Below, one piece after another: positions 27,945-37,689 of a DNA stretch of 64,000 nt; the first letter of the stretch is position 1, and each line of letters begins with the position of its first letter. The stretch comes from a virus (Duplodnaviria > Caudoviricetes). The notes below the pieces were generated by a model. That model worked only from the letters and a program-made list of their open reading frames with translations. It did no database searches and was not told where the DNA came from. The stretch is from IMG/VR virus record IMGVR_UViG_3300032335_001233, positions 32,001 to 96,000 of that record, one strand, 5' to 3'. Position numbers and translations under genes: made by a program.

Positions 27945-28445
27945 TTACCAAGCCTTGTTGTAGTCCACTAGCTCGCAGTTGCGACTAACGTCTTTGACAA
28001 AGTACACACAGTCAGGTTTGTCATCATCGGTCAAGGGCACTGCCAACATTTGTCCGTTCTTGAGTTTGGGTGTATACCATGTAATATCATGGTATACATC
28101 TATGATCTCGATGTCAGGGAAACTGGGCCTAAAACTGCTCAAGGGATTGAATTGAAAAACTTTGAATCCTCGATCATTGATCGATGTCAAGGGCAGCATT
28201 TCAAGGTCACCAATGTCGGGTTCGCCTATCAGCACTTGCCAATCCATGGGCATGCGTATGACGTTGGTGCCTATACGCAACACCAGAGCCGGGGCTGAAA
28301 AACTTTCCAAGAAGATCAAAGGAATGTAGTAGTAGTCAGGGTTGCTGGGATCTGAATTGTCCAGTATGGCAAAGCGCATATCGTCAATTTCATCTGGCAA
28401 GTGGTCCAAATCAAAACAGCAGTTATCTAGTGTTAATATTCTCAT
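27945..28445 (-). CDS. Conserved hypothetical protein, possibly a degenerate Hint fold
   Basis: Start set at MRILTLDN, directly after a promoter; strand pattern resembles Hint. Confidence 0.6.
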   Translation of the reverse strand: MRILTLDNCCFDLDHLPDEIDDMRFAILDNSDPSNPDYYYIPLIFLESFSAPALVLRIGTNVIRMPMDWQVLIGEPDIGDLEMLPLTSINDRGFKVFQFNPLSSFRPSFPDIEIIDVYHDITWYTPKLKNGQMLAVPLTDDDKPDCVYFVKDVSRNCELVDYNKAW

Positions 28446-28451
28446 AGTGTT

Positions 28452-28481
28452 ATGATAGCACAAAAACACTGGCGTGGTCAA
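28452..28481 (-). promoter_or_regulatory. sigma70-like promoter
   Basis: TTGACC-18-TATCAT with TGn; ATG 6 nt downstream. Confidence 0.6.
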
Positions 28482-29143
28482 TGATTATTGACCAATTGCT
28501 CTAACTTGCTGGCCACACACTGTAAAACCCAGTTGCGATCAGCCAATGGCAGTTGGTGTTGCAGCCAAGATTGGTGGTACTGTCGACACTGTTCCGCTGT
28601 TGATTGCAATTGTGGCATTTGATCTATTAAAGAATCTATACCCCTAGGTTTGAGCAACATGCTTACGTCAATTTTGTTTGTGGGCTGCACTAAACGCATC
28701 TGCATCAAGGTCCAATTATAATCGTTCAACCATTCTAGATAAAGCTCGGCTGCTTGTTGTAATTTTACTTGTTGTACCAGATACTGTATTTGTTCGTACA
28801 CTGTTCCGTGGCGACCCATGAGATTTTCAACAGTGGGCCTTGTCAATGCATCTCTTGCTGCCCAGGTCCACATTTGATCACGAACCGGTATTACCAGCCA
28901 TAATGGGGCCAAGGGCATGCGCAGTAGTCTGTCAATGCTGTGACTGCCTATGTATTCGAATGGCATATTGTTGATGGCTTCTATTAGATCATGATCATTT
29001 AGTCTACGTTCAAGACTTTTGATTGATGCTGACGGAGTAACTGAACCATTGGCAATGTTATGCGGCAACCCCCAGGTCTGGTTGCTACAATTGACCACAA
29101 AGTCACCGCCAGTGCCACTCACATAGCTGATCACAGTTTTCAT
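28478..29143 (-). CDS. Hypothetical protein, divergent sulfotransferase/P-loop-like N-terminus
   Basis: MKTVISYVSGTGGDFV; ATGA overlap with uvsW. Confidence 0.5.
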   Translation of the reverse strand: MKTVISYVSGTGGDFVVNCSNQTWGLPHNIANGSVTPSASIKSLERRLNDHDLIEAINNMPFEYIGSHSIDRLLRMPLAPLWLVIPVRDQMWTWAARDALTRPTVENLMGRHGTVYEQIQYLVQQVKLQQAAELYLEWLNDYNWTLMQMRLVQPTNKIDVSMLLKPRGIDSLIDQMPQLQSTAEQCRQYHQSWLQHQLPLADRNWVLQCVASKLEQLVNNH

Positions 29144-30600
29144 TGCCATTCCAGTTTTTCTTGTGTGAATGGATAGTTGGCTTCTCGGTAGTAGGCCTTG
29201 CGTTTGGTTAGATGGCGTTTGGCAAACTTGCAGGTACTGGTAATGTCCCAAATCTGCACATGGTCTTTGTCTTCGGCTCGTCTAATACCTCGACCAATAC
29301 TCTGTATCACTCGTGTAAAACTTTTGCCAGACTCTACCATCACAAGGTTAAAGATTCGAGGTATATTGATGCCCACAGCAGCCACACCATAGGTGGCCAC
29401 AATGATCTTGTCTGTGGCTGTGGCCACAGCATCATATTCAGCCTGTCGGTCAGTGCCCTTGGTGGCTCCCGACACAAACACAGCACCTTCGCCCAGTCTT
29501 TCCACAAGAGCTTGGCCGGCTGCCACACGATCCACCAGCACCAAGGTGTTACCAGTTTCATTGACTTCGCGTATCAAGTTGGCCATGGCATCCAAGCGTC
29601 CTGACTCTTCCAGTAGATACTTGAGTTCGCTTTGATAGTTGTTGAATTCCACATGATCCACCAACTGCACCACATTGACATGACACTGTGCTAGCACGCC
29701 TTGCAGTTGCAGTTCATTGGCACTGAGTCTGCCCACTACTGGTCCCAGACTCACCAACAAGCTCACACTTTCAAATTTTTCCTTGGGCACAGTGCCAGTG
29801 AGACCCCAGCGAATAGGAATATGGGCCATGGGTCCTGTGAGCAGAGTTTTTAGTGCATCGGCCTTGGCCATGTGCACCTCGTCCACGATCACACATACCA
29901 CATCTTCAATAAAGTCTTGTATGGTAATGTCGGCAGTGCCTGATCGAGTGTTTTTCATCAAGACATTGAGACTTTGCCAGGTACAGATGGTGTGAGTGCG
30001 GCCGTGTTCTTTTCTGTCACCAAAATACACCCCTACATCCAGCCCCACGTTCACAAAGTCACGTTCGGTCTGTCGCACAAGGTCTTTGTTGGGCACAATG
30101 ACTATGCTACGTCCATGTGCTTGCACTGCCGAACTCAAAGTTGCAGTCATAATAGTCTTGCCAGCACCTGTGGCCACTTCTTGTATACACTGTGGGTTGG
30201 CCAAAAAGTTGTTGACAATTTCAACTTGATAGTCTCTCAGCATAATGGGCTGACCCTCGGCTGGGTGACCTGTGGGCCAGGTTCTGTGTGCCCATGAATG
30301 TTCTTCCACAGTGTTGAAATCAAAAGTGGTACAGTAGCTTCTACGATCGTCAATGTCAATGTCGTAGTTCATGCGCTCTAGCACAGGCACAATTTCAGGC
30401 AACAGATTGGTATAGGTGCTGCCGCCCAATTGGAAATAGCTGACTTTGCCATCCCAGCGTCCCAGTCTCACTGCCGGCAAGTACCGAGCGTAGGGCACAT
30501 CATACTTGAATAGGTTTACCAAAACTCGTCTAGCATCAAGATCTAGACCTTCAATCTTGATGTTGACTTCGTCTCGTATTACAATGGTTGCTTGTTTCAT
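29140..30600 (-). CDS. uvsW: UvsW-like SF2 DNA helicase
   Basis: LRDYQ, ATGAGKT, DEVH, GLTGT, QSIGRGIR. Confidence 0.92.
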   Translation of the reverse strand: MKQATIVIRDEVNIKIEGLDLDARRVLVNLFKYDVPYARYLPAVRLGRWDGKVSYFQLGGSTYTNLLPEIVPVLERMNYDIDIDDRRSYCTTFDFNTVEEHSWAHRTWPTGHPAEGQPIMLRDYQVEIVNNFLANPQCIQEVATGAGKTIMTATLSSAVQAHGRSIVIVPNKDLVRQTERDFVNVGLDVGVYFGDRKEHGRTHTICTWQSLNVLMKNTRSGTADITIQDFIEDVVCVIVDEVHMAKADALKTLLTGPMAHIPIRWGLTGTVPKEKFESVSLLVSLGPVVGRLSANELQLQGVLAQCHVNVVQLVDHVEFNNYQSELKYLLEESGRLDAMANLIREVNETGNTLVLVDRVAAGQALVERLGEGAVFVSGATKGTDRQAEYDAVATATDKIIVATYGVAAVGINIPRIFNLVMVESGKSFTRVIQSIGRGIRRAEDKDHVQIWDITSTCKFAKRHLTKRKAYYREANYPFTQEKLEWQ

Positions 30601-31460
30601 TCTAGGATAACTTTTTTGACCCACTGTCGTTGAGCTATGTCATGCATCATGCGTTCGCGGTTGCCATCAAATTCAATGTCAGCCACAGGATATCTCAAGG
30701 GTCTTGCTTGTGCATTATACACACTCTTGATGCCACGTGCAACAAAAAATTTTGGATGCTGGTCAATGTAATGTTGAATACGGCCATACTGAGTGGCAAG
30801 ATTGCGATCGTGAAATGCCACATAGAAATCCGCCGAGTAGTGATCAAATGGACAAAATGCATCATCTGAGATATACTGGTCATTGTCACGTGCCAAGTCT
30901 TCTACTGTTTTTCCAATCTCACAGTAGTTGAGATACACTGTGCCCCAAGTCACTCGCCAGTCGCCATAGCATTGAGCTATGTCAGCAGGCAGCTGATGCG
31001 TCTTGGGCATGCCAAACCATGTGCACACCAATTTGGCGTGAGAGCCTGCTAGCACAGACTCACATTGGTGCACTGCCAAGTTTAATTCACTCAGTGCACG
31101 GCGCACTATGTCTGGTGCTGACTGCCAAAATTCTGAGTGCTGTTGATCCAACAATCCGTGATGGCATTCAAACACATGGTGAAGGTAATTGAGACAGTCT
31201 TGTGTCCACTCAAACTCACGCTCAATCACCGGCGCATGTGAATTGATGATGGCTATGCAGTGGCGTATCCAGTGCTCAGCAACTTTGCACTGAGTTTGGG
31301 CAGTGCCAAATCCAGAGAATCTGTCAGGGTGGTCCATGGGCCATGCAGTGCGAGCCAGCATGCGCTCAGTCCATAGTTCAGCCAAGGGAGTTTGACGAAT
31401 TCGAAAACGCAACTCTAGATCTCCACTGGGACCTAGATGAATACATAAGTGCTTGGGCAT
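30597..31460 (-). CDS. Hypothetical protein
   Basis: Start set at MPKHL; His/Trp-rich (LNYLHHVFE). Confidence 0.6.
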   Translation of the reverse strand: MPKHLCIHLGPSGDLELRFRIRQTPLAELWTERMLARTAWPMDHPDRFSGFGTAQTQCKVAEHWIRHCIAIINSHAPVIEREFEWTQDCLNYLHHVFECHHGLLDQQHSEFWQSAPDIVRRALSELNLAVHQCESVLAGSHAKLVCTWFGMPKTHQLPADIAQCYGDWRVTWGTVYLNYCEIGKTVEDLARDNDQYISDDAFCPFDHYSADFYVAFHDRNLATQYGRIQHYIDQHPKFFVARGIKSVYNAQARPLRYPVADIEFDGNRERMMHDIAQRQWVKKVILE

Positions 31461-31488
31461 TGTGTATATAGCCACAGTCTACGCGGTC

Positions 31489-31514
31489 AAAAAAACAGGG
31501 ACCGAAGTCCCTGT
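31489..31514 (-). terminator. Intrinsic terminator with cUUCGg tetraloop
   Basis: ACAGGGAC-TTCG-GTCCCTGT followed by a T run. Confidence 0.92.
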
Positions 31515-31520
31515 ATAAAG

Positions 31521-31550
31521 CCTGGGCCGGAGCCAACCGAAATGCCCAGG
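31521..31550 (-). ncRNA. Candidate antisense hairpin element (3'-UTR or sRNA)
   Basis: CCUGGGC-AUUU-CGG-UUGGCU-CCG-GCCCAGG; GUUGGCUCC is the exact complement of the RBS GGAGCCAAC at 32693-32701. Confidence 0.5.
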
Positions 31551-31557
31551 AAAACCA

Positions 31558-31671
31558 CTAACTCAGCATCAACCCCATCACAAAAATCAAAAACGCCCAG
31601 CCTGGGTAACCAAACAACAAAGCCAACATGGCCAATATGGTGCCAAAGAAGGCTTTGTCTGAGTTGGTCAT
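31558..31671 (-). CDS. 37-aa membrane peptide (absent from the ORF track)
   Basis: MTNSDKAFFGTILAMLALLFGYPGWAFLIFVMGLMLS; starts 1 nt after the ATPase stop. Confidence 0.7.
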   Translation of the reverse strand: MTNSDKAFFGTILAMLALLFGYPGWAFLIFVMGLMLS

Positions 31672-31672
31672 G

Positions 31673-32692
31673 TCAAGCACTTTTCATACAGGTAGTCTCT
31701 GCCAGACGCTTCCAGTTCAGCACTGACATCTTGCGCAAGTCTGCAATCTTCAGCGCCATGCGCAGGCTTACCTCACGCAGGCGATCCTTGTTGGTGTGCA
31801 TGAAATCAATGATGTCGTCTTGCACAGCAGGCTCAAACTCATAATCTGCAAACAACACACCATCTTTGGCAATCTGTCGAATACGCAACAGCTTGTCACG
31901 CATGGTGTCCAAGGTCAGGTCCAGGTAGTGACAGCGCGATTGCAGTGCGTCCAAGTGATCACGAAGCTTTTGCGACTTCATGGCATCAAACTTGAGGTTG
32001 GTAATAAAGATCACTGAACCTTTGAACTCAAACTGGTCAGGAATGCCTTCGCGACGCAGAGTTGAGCTTTCTGACAACCAGGAGATCTTGCGCTTCTTGC
32101 CAGAGTCAAGTGCACCCTTGAGCAAGTTCAGCGAAACATCGTCCAGCAAAATGCTGTCACAGTCGTCAAACACCACAACACAGTTGGTGTCTGAGTATTT
32201 GTACAGAGTTTGGTACAGGCCGATAGGTGTAGCCGAGCCCTTGACAACTTCGGCACGAAGTCGCTTGCCAGCAATTTTGTCAAACATTGTGGCTTTTTCA
32301 ATCTCTTGCTCCACGCCAAACGATTTGCCGACGCCGGGAGGGCCGCTCACAATCATGGCACGGATGTCGCCAGTCACAGCAGCCTTGGTCATTTCGGTAA
32401 GAATGTCAAATCGCTCACGGATACGATCCATGGCTTGTTCGTCAGTTTCAGTAACCACAGGCTTCTCAAAAGGTACGGTGTTGTTGGTAGTCATGCCGTT
32501 AGTATACTCAATGTCGCGAATGCTGTCAACCCGGACTCGGATCGTATCGCTAAATTTAGGAAAATGTCCGGCATTGCGAACAGTGACATAGCCGCCGCGG
32601 GCACCAGTTTGAAAGCCGGAAATCAGCTCAAATTCAGTGTTAACAATGTTGTAACCGCGGTAGTTACCTTTTACAATTCGAATAGTACTCAT
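31673..32692 (-). CDS. P-loop AAA-type ATPase, early gene
   Basis: GPPGVGKS, VFDDCD, FITN, ALQSR; start set at MSTIRI after GGAGCCAAC. Confidence 0.85.
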   Translation of the reverse strand: MSTIRIVKGNYRGYNIVNTEFELISGFQTGARGGYVTVRNAGHFPKFSDTIRVRVDSIRDIEYTNGMTTNNTVPFEKPVVTETDEQAMDRIRERFDILTEMTKAAVTGDIRAMIVSGPPGVGKSFGVEQEIEKATMFDKIAGKRLRAEVVKGSATPIGLYQTLYKYSDTNCVVVFDDCDSILLDDVSLNLLKGALDSGKKRKISWLSESSTLRREGIPDQFEFKGSVIFITNLKFDAMKSQKLRDHLDALQSRCHYLDLTLDTMRDKLLRIRQIAKDGVLFADYEFEPAVQDDIIDFMHTNKDRLREVSLRMALKIADLRKMSVLNWKRLAETTCMKSA

Positions 32693-32731
32693 GTTGGCTC
32701 CAGTGAGTTGTTGCAGTTTCAGTATGTCATT

Positions 32732-32873
32732 ATTATAGCAAATTGGGCTTTTTTGGTCAACCGTGTTGCGTATTTGCAACACTGTGTTTTCTGCCCCTTT
32801 TTGCTCATCATGTCATTATTGTAGCAAAATCAGCATTATTGGTCAACCGTATTTTTGTTGCAAAAAAGCAACA
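32732..32873 (-). promoter_or_regulatory. Tandem early promoters, each with an upstream palindromic box
   Basis: TTGACC-17-TATAAT (32732-60) and TTGACC-17-TACAAT (32818-46); TGTTGC-N6-GCAACA at 32764-81 and 32856-73. Confidence 0.85.
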
Positions 32874-32876
32874 TTT

Positions 32877-33317
32877 TTATTGAAATTTCTTAATATTCCC
32901 AATAGCTCGACAGTAAAAAGAGACTCTGTCGCCGTGATAGATGGGCAAAGCACGAGGGTGTCCGTCAAAATCGTCTGGGGCATCGTATAGTTGACCGCTT
33001 TGCCATTCCGGAACGCTGGCGAAACGCCAAAGTCCTGGTTGTTGTGGCTGGTATCCTAAAATTAAAATATCATTGTGATTGCAAGCAATATTGATAAGAT
33101 TGAAATTAAAAATTGGCAAGGTCACAATAATTTTATGACTATGATCTACGGTGGCATCTAGCTGCCAATCTATAGTTGGTGCTAGATCATATATCTGTGT
33201 GATTGGCCGAGTACTATCAGTATCCACTGTGACTGTGACATGAGCATTTGGTCCCGGGCGAACATGCACTGATAGTTCAAAGTCAATTTTGGTATGTTCA
33301 AATAAAGACAATTTCAT
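32877..33317 (-). CDS. Hypothetical protein (AT-rich)
   Basis: 146-aa ORF filling the gap. Confidence 0.5.
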   Translation of the reverse strand: MKLSLFEHTKIDFELSVHVRPGPNAHVTVTVDTDSTRPITQIYDLAPTIDWQLDATVDHSHKIIVTLPIFNFNLINIACNHNDILILGYQPQQPGLWRFASVPEWQSGQLYDAPDDFDGHPRALPIYHGDRVSFYCRAIGNIKKFQ

Positions 33318-33320
33318 ATT

Positions 33321-34067
33321 TTATATCCCCATCCAGGCCTGAGAGATTTGATCATTGCGAATTTCATGTGGTTTTGGGGTGCCGTGAAACACCACAACTG
33401 ATGTGGTACCAGCTGGTGCAAATCCTGCGCTGGGCTGACGGTATGTGCGTGTTTTGAAGTCATACCCACCGTTTATGCTCTGCCATCGATAACTCTCAAA
33501 CAAGGACTGATCAAAGTATCTTCGCTGATTGTGATCAATCACTCGCGTGATGTAGTCCTGATCTCCGGGTGTACGCCGCACTATTTCTTCAATGTTGTCA
33601 CGTGCAAAGTCCCTCCATACCCAGCCAAACCTCCTGGTGTCCCAGTACATCACACTGCTGTTGACACTGTTGTGAGTACTGCGCTGAAGATACCTAAAGT
33701 CACGTATGGCCCAAAAGTGTGTGAGATCAAGTTCACGTACCCAGTCTATGTCTCGCAACACAATCACGTCAAGATCAAAGTACAACAACGGCCCGGCATG
33801 ATGCTGGTCGTTAAACAACTGCATCTTGTACCACCAGGATTTTTTGGGTCCTGATATACCCGGCCATTCTTCTAAACAGTGCTTGACAAGATGTGGCGGA
33901 ACCGACCGATCGTGTTCGGTATACACATGCAGTCGTATGCGATCACCATGGTGACGAGTGAGCTGGGCGTGCAAATTTTGCACATAGTCCCAGCTGTAGC
34001 CTGAGCCGTGGATCACACAGGCACAGTCAATCACATCATCAGTGCGGGTTCGATTCTTTTTAGCCAT
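33321..34067 (-). CDS. GT-A glycosyltransferase (GT8-like)
   Basis: WWYKMQLF, YFDLDV, NSSVMYW, GDQDYI, FHGTPKPH. Confidence 0.85.
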   Translation of the reverse strand: MAKKNRTRTDDVIDCACVIHGSGYSWDYVQNLHAQLTRHHGDRIRLHVYTEHDRSVPPHLVKHCLEEWPGISGPKKSWWYKMQLFNDQHHAGPLLYFDLDVIVLRDIDWVRELDLTHFWAIRDFRYLQRSTHNSVNSSVMYWDTRRFGWVWRDFARDNIEEIVRRTPGDQDYITRVIDHNQRRYFDQSLFESYRWQSINGGYDFKTRTYRQPSAGFAPAGTTSVVVFHGTPKPHEIRNDQISQAWMGI

Positions 34068-34879
34068 AAGCCTCTCTGCAATTCTTCTAGACGATATTCG
34101 GTGTGACAGATTTCTGTCAACCACTGTGCACGATCACAATCATAAGGTTGTTCAATGTTTTGATACGTGACTGACACCGGACGAGCCAAGCTAGAATCAT
34201 GCACTATGGGACGCACACCAGCAATGGCTGCTTGTGTGCCAGGTCCTGAATTAATGTTGATCACAGCATGACAATTAAAATGCATGTCAAAACTGTCATA
34301 GGTGTTGGGCACCAAACGTGGTACTACTATTTCTGCGCCCAGTGGCACATAGGGCAATCGCAGGCGACAGCGTGGATGTGGGCGAATATGTATGGCTCGG
34401 TCAGTGTGTTGGCGTATTGAACGAACAGCATCAAGTACCCATTGACTCATGTCTATGCCGGCCACCTGAAGACTGCGGTCATGTTGAGCTGCAATTACCA
34501 CATGCGGCTCTGGGCTTGCAAGCTGAGCAACACTGATACCCAATTTTCTAGGACGATCCCAGTCAAGATTTTCCTGATGTCCGTAGTATCCTTGATTTGT
34601 GACATGGTTTACCGACACTTTCCAAGTGTTGCCACGGTACAAAGCACCAATTTCTACCACAATCACTGGACGTCCTTGGTTGCGATAGTGCTGATATACT
34701 TGTTCATTGTTGGCCATGCGTCCGTGCCACAGCACTGACCAAATCACTGCGGCGTCAGCATCCCAGGCATTTTCACGGGTCTGAATACCTGATGCCTGTA
34801 AACTGTCCAACACTGCGGCCATGATGGGTCTGCTGTTGAGAGCACACTGAGAAGGAAAATAGGCTACAGAACCAATCAC
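34031..34879 (-). CDS. Capsule-synthesis (KpsS/KpsC-like) GT-B protein
   Basis: Q...S.Q, IRPHPR, NINSG...A..AG. Confidence 0.65.
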   Translation of the reverse strand: MIGSVAYFPSQCALNSRPIMAAVLDSLQASGIQTRENAWDADAAVIWSVLWHGRMANNEQVYQHYRNQGRPVIVVEIGALYRGNTWKVSVNHVTNQGYYGHQENLDWDRPRKLGISVAQLASPEPHVVIAAQHDRSLQVAGIDMSQWVLDAVRSIRQHTDRAIHIRPHPRCRLRLPYVPLGAEIVVPRLVPNTYDSFDMHFNCHAVININSGPGTQAAIAGVRPIVHDSSLARPVSVTYQNIEQPYDCDRAQWLTEICHTEYRLEELQRGLWLKRIEPALMM

Positions 34880-34890
34880 TAAATATCCCT

Positions 34891-35691
34891 ATGAAATACA
34901 CTGTATGTACCACTTTCAATGCTGAAGGTTATGAGAAATACGGACGTAGAATGATCCAAACATTCATTCAAAACTGGCCTGCCGCTGTGCAATTAACAGT
35001 GTATGCTGAAGGGTGCAGAGTAAATGAAACAGCACCCAATCTTGAAGTCCGCGATATTGCGATAGTCACCGAACTCACTGCATTCAAACAATGTTGGCAG
35101 GGGGTTCCTCGAGCCAACGGAGATGTCAGTGCTGATCCAGTTAGATCGCAACGTAAAGATGCTGGCAAAGGATTCAAATGGGACGCTGTGAGATTTGCTC
35201 ACAAAGTGTACAGCATTTTCCATTGTGCAAAAAATACACCAACTGACTGGTTGATCTGGATGGATGCAGACACTGTGTGTCACAGTCCCATTACCACAAC
35301 TGATTTAGACCGACTGTGCCCCAGCGACCGAGATCTTTGTTTTCTTGGGCGCCGGGGCAAGTTCAGTGAGTGTGGACTGTATGCAATGAACCTCCGCAGA
35401 CCTTGCATAAGAGATTTTTTAACTAAATTTCAAAAGTATTACGACGACGCCGAGCAAGGAATTTTTACTCTAGACGAATGGCATGACAGTTTTGTTTTTG
35501 ATGCTGTTCGTCGGCAGACTAGTTTATACGAACTAGACTGGAGCAGTCATTTGATCACCGGAGAAGGTCATCCCTTGATCAATTCAGACTGGGGTGCATA
35601 TCTAGATCATCTCAAAGGCAAGCGCAAGACCACAGGACGCAGTCCTGCCACAGACTTAAAAGTTCAACGAACCGAGGCATACTGGCAATGA
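34891..35691 (+). CDS. GT-A nucleotide-sugar transferase
   Basis: RFAHKVY, WMDADT, EWHDSFVFD, DHLKG. Confidence 0.75.
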   Translation: MKYTVCTTFNAEGYEKYGRRMIQTFIQNWPAAVQLTVYAEGCRVNETAPNLEVRDIAIVTELTAFKQCWQGVPRANGDVSADPVRSQRKDAGKGFKWDAVRFAHKVYSIFHCAKNTPTDWLIWMDADTVCHSPITTTDLDRLCPSDRDLCFLGRRGKFSECGLYAMNLRRPCIRDFLTKFQKYYDDAEQGIFTLDEWHDSFVFDAVRRQTSLYELDWSSHLITGEGHPLINSDWGAYLDHLKGKRKTTGRSPATDLKVQRTEAYWQ

Positions 35692-36488
35692 CCTGGATAT
35701 TTCTCAACAAGAAAAACAGTGACGAGTACATAGAAATGTTTGCTCGTGGATGCAGTGCAGTGCCCACTGAGTTAGAAACCTGGCAGTACCAAGACAGTGA
35801 TGCGCCCTTGGTGATCCGAGGCATCATGAAGCACAAGATTATCAAACAGTGCTGGGCAGACAACCGACCATTCTGGTACATGGATTCTGGCTATGTTGGC
35901 AACCGACACAGTGCGCTGAATCCACGCGGTAACAAAGTATGGCACAGAGTGGTGCCCAACAACCTGCAACATGGTGCAGTGATCCCAAGGCCTGCTGATC
36001 GTTGGCAGCGGCATGACATTGCCATGCCTCGACGTCGGCATGGCAGCAAAATATTACTAGCAGCACCAGACGAAAAACCCTGTGTGTTTTATGACATCAC
36101 TCTGTCTGACTGGATTGCACAAACCGTTGCCACAATCAAACAATACACTGACCGAGAAATTATCATACGTGAACGCAATCCCAATCGACAGGCACGTGTG
36201 ACCAGCGACTTGCAGTCAGCACTGACTGATGTGCATGCCGTGGTGACCTTTAACTCAATTGCAGCCACTGAGAGTGTGCTGGCTGGAGTGCCGGCATTTG
36301 CTCTGGCACCGTCAAATGCTGCCATCCCAGTGTCCAACACTGACTTATCCAAAATCAACAACCCATGGTACCCTGATCGAGATCAAATTCATGATTGGGC
36401 GTGCCATTTGGCCTATGGGCAGTTTCACAATTCAGAACTGCGCAACGGCACAGCGCACCGAATACTACAGGAGACTCTCAATGCGTGA
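35688..36488 (+). CDS. Capsule-synthesis-like GT-B protein
   Basis: YMDSGY, VTFNSIAA.ES.L.GVP, W..HLAYGQF. Confidence 0.65.
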   Translation: MTWIFLNKKNSDEYIEMFARGCSAVPTELETWQYQDSDAPLVIRGIMKHKIIKQCWADNRPFWYMDSGYVGNRHSALNPRGNKVWHRVVPNNLQHGAVIPRPADRWQRHDIAMPRRRHGSKILLAAPDEKPCVFYDITLSDWIAQTVATIKQYTDREIIIRERNPNRQARVTSDLQSALTDVHAVVTFNSIAATESVLAGVPAFALAPSNAAIPVSNTDLSKINNPWYPDRDQIHDWACHLAYGQFHNSELRNGTAHRILQETLNA

Positions 36489-37134
36489 ACACTATGGCTG
36501 GTATTTCCCAGATGTCGACACACACTTTCCACAAATGCTAAAGAAAAGTGTTGATCGCGGTGGCCCCGCAGAATATCAATTACCTGTGCGCCGTCGCAGT
36601 ATTGAATTGTGTGCCGGTCATGGCACTGCCTTGGACATTGGAGCCAATGTGGGCCTGTGGAGTCGTGACCTAGTGGATAACTTTTCTCAGGTGATTGCTT
36701 TTGAACCCGTGGCCATCTTTAGAGAATGTCTAGAACGCAATGTGTCTGGCCCTAACTTTTCTATCAGTCCCTTGGCTCTGGGAGATCAAGACACTCAGGC
36801 CACCATGATCATCACTCCAGGCAATACTGGACACAGTCACCTGGATCCTGACAGCATGGGCACCGGTGATGTGAAAGTGGTGACTCTTGACAGCTTGAAC
36901 ATACCCAATGTTGACTATGTCAAGATTGACTGCGAAGGGTACGAGTATCGTGTGTTGCAAGGTGCAGAACAAACCATTAAAACCTGTCGTCCTGTTGTGG
37001 TAGTGGAACAAAAACCGCATGCAGCCTACAGTGATCAATACGCACAGCATGCAGCCGTCGAGTTGCTGAAATCCTGGGGCATGACCCGGCTGGACCAAGT
37101 CAAGGATGACTGGATCATGGGTTGGAACCGATAA
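36481..37134 (+). CDS. FkbM-family methyltransferase
   Basis: LDIGANVG, AFEP, KIDCEGYE..VLQGA; start set at MREHYG. Confidence 0.9.
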   Translation: MREHYGWYFPDVDTHFPQMLKKSVDRGGPAEYQLPVRRRSIELCAGHGTALDIGANVGLWSRDLVDNFSQVIAFEPVAIFRECLERNVSGPNFSISPLALGDQDTQATMIITPGNTGHSHLDPDSMGTGDVKVVTLDSLNIPNVDYVKIDCEGYEYRVLQGAEQTIKTCRPVVVVEQKPHAAYSDQYAQHAAVELLKSWGMTRLDQVKDDWIMGWNR

Positions 37135-37158
37135 TAAAATTTTAAAATAGGAAATAGC

Positions 37159-37689
37159 ATGCCATCAAGTAATAAAGAAGGTAAGTCAGTGATAAGAGAA
37201 TGGGTTACAGAATTTGGTCCTGACGTAAAAACTGTACTAGATCTTGGAGTCGGGAACGGAACTTATCATAGGCTGTATACCAGGAAGTCGCCAGCTCTTA
37301 AAGAAGCATACTGGATTGGTGTCGAAGCATGGGAGCCCTATATTCGTGAATTTGATTTGTTAACAAGATATAATAAGATTATCAACGCAGATATTAGAAC
37401 AGTAGATTTCAACACCTTGGGTCCAATAGATCTAGTGTTTGCCGGTGATGTATTGGAACATATAACCAAAGAAGAAGCAATTAAAGTAGTTAACGATCTA
37501 TTAAAAGTTGCTAAGAGAATTATCGTTAGTATTCCTATTGTGCATTTTCCACAAGGCGAGGAGGAAGGAAATCCTTACGAAGCACATGTAAAGGACGATT
37601 GGTCACACACAGAAATGTTAGAAACTTTCCCTCAAATTAAACGATCATGGACCGGTAACATCATTGGAGTGTATCTATTAGAGCTATGA
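37159..37689 (+). CDS. Class I SAM methyltransferase
   Basis: VLDLGVGNG, GVE, GDVLEH. Confidence 0.85.
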   Translation: MPSSNKEGKSVIREWVTEFGPDVKTVLDLGVGNGTYHRLYTRKSPALKEAYWIGVEAWEPYIREFDLLTRYNKIINADIRTVDFNTLGPIDLVFAGDVLEHITKEEAIKVVNDLLKVAKRIIVSIPIVHFPQGEEEGNPYEAHVKDDWSHTEMLETFPQIKRSWTGNIIGVYLLEL

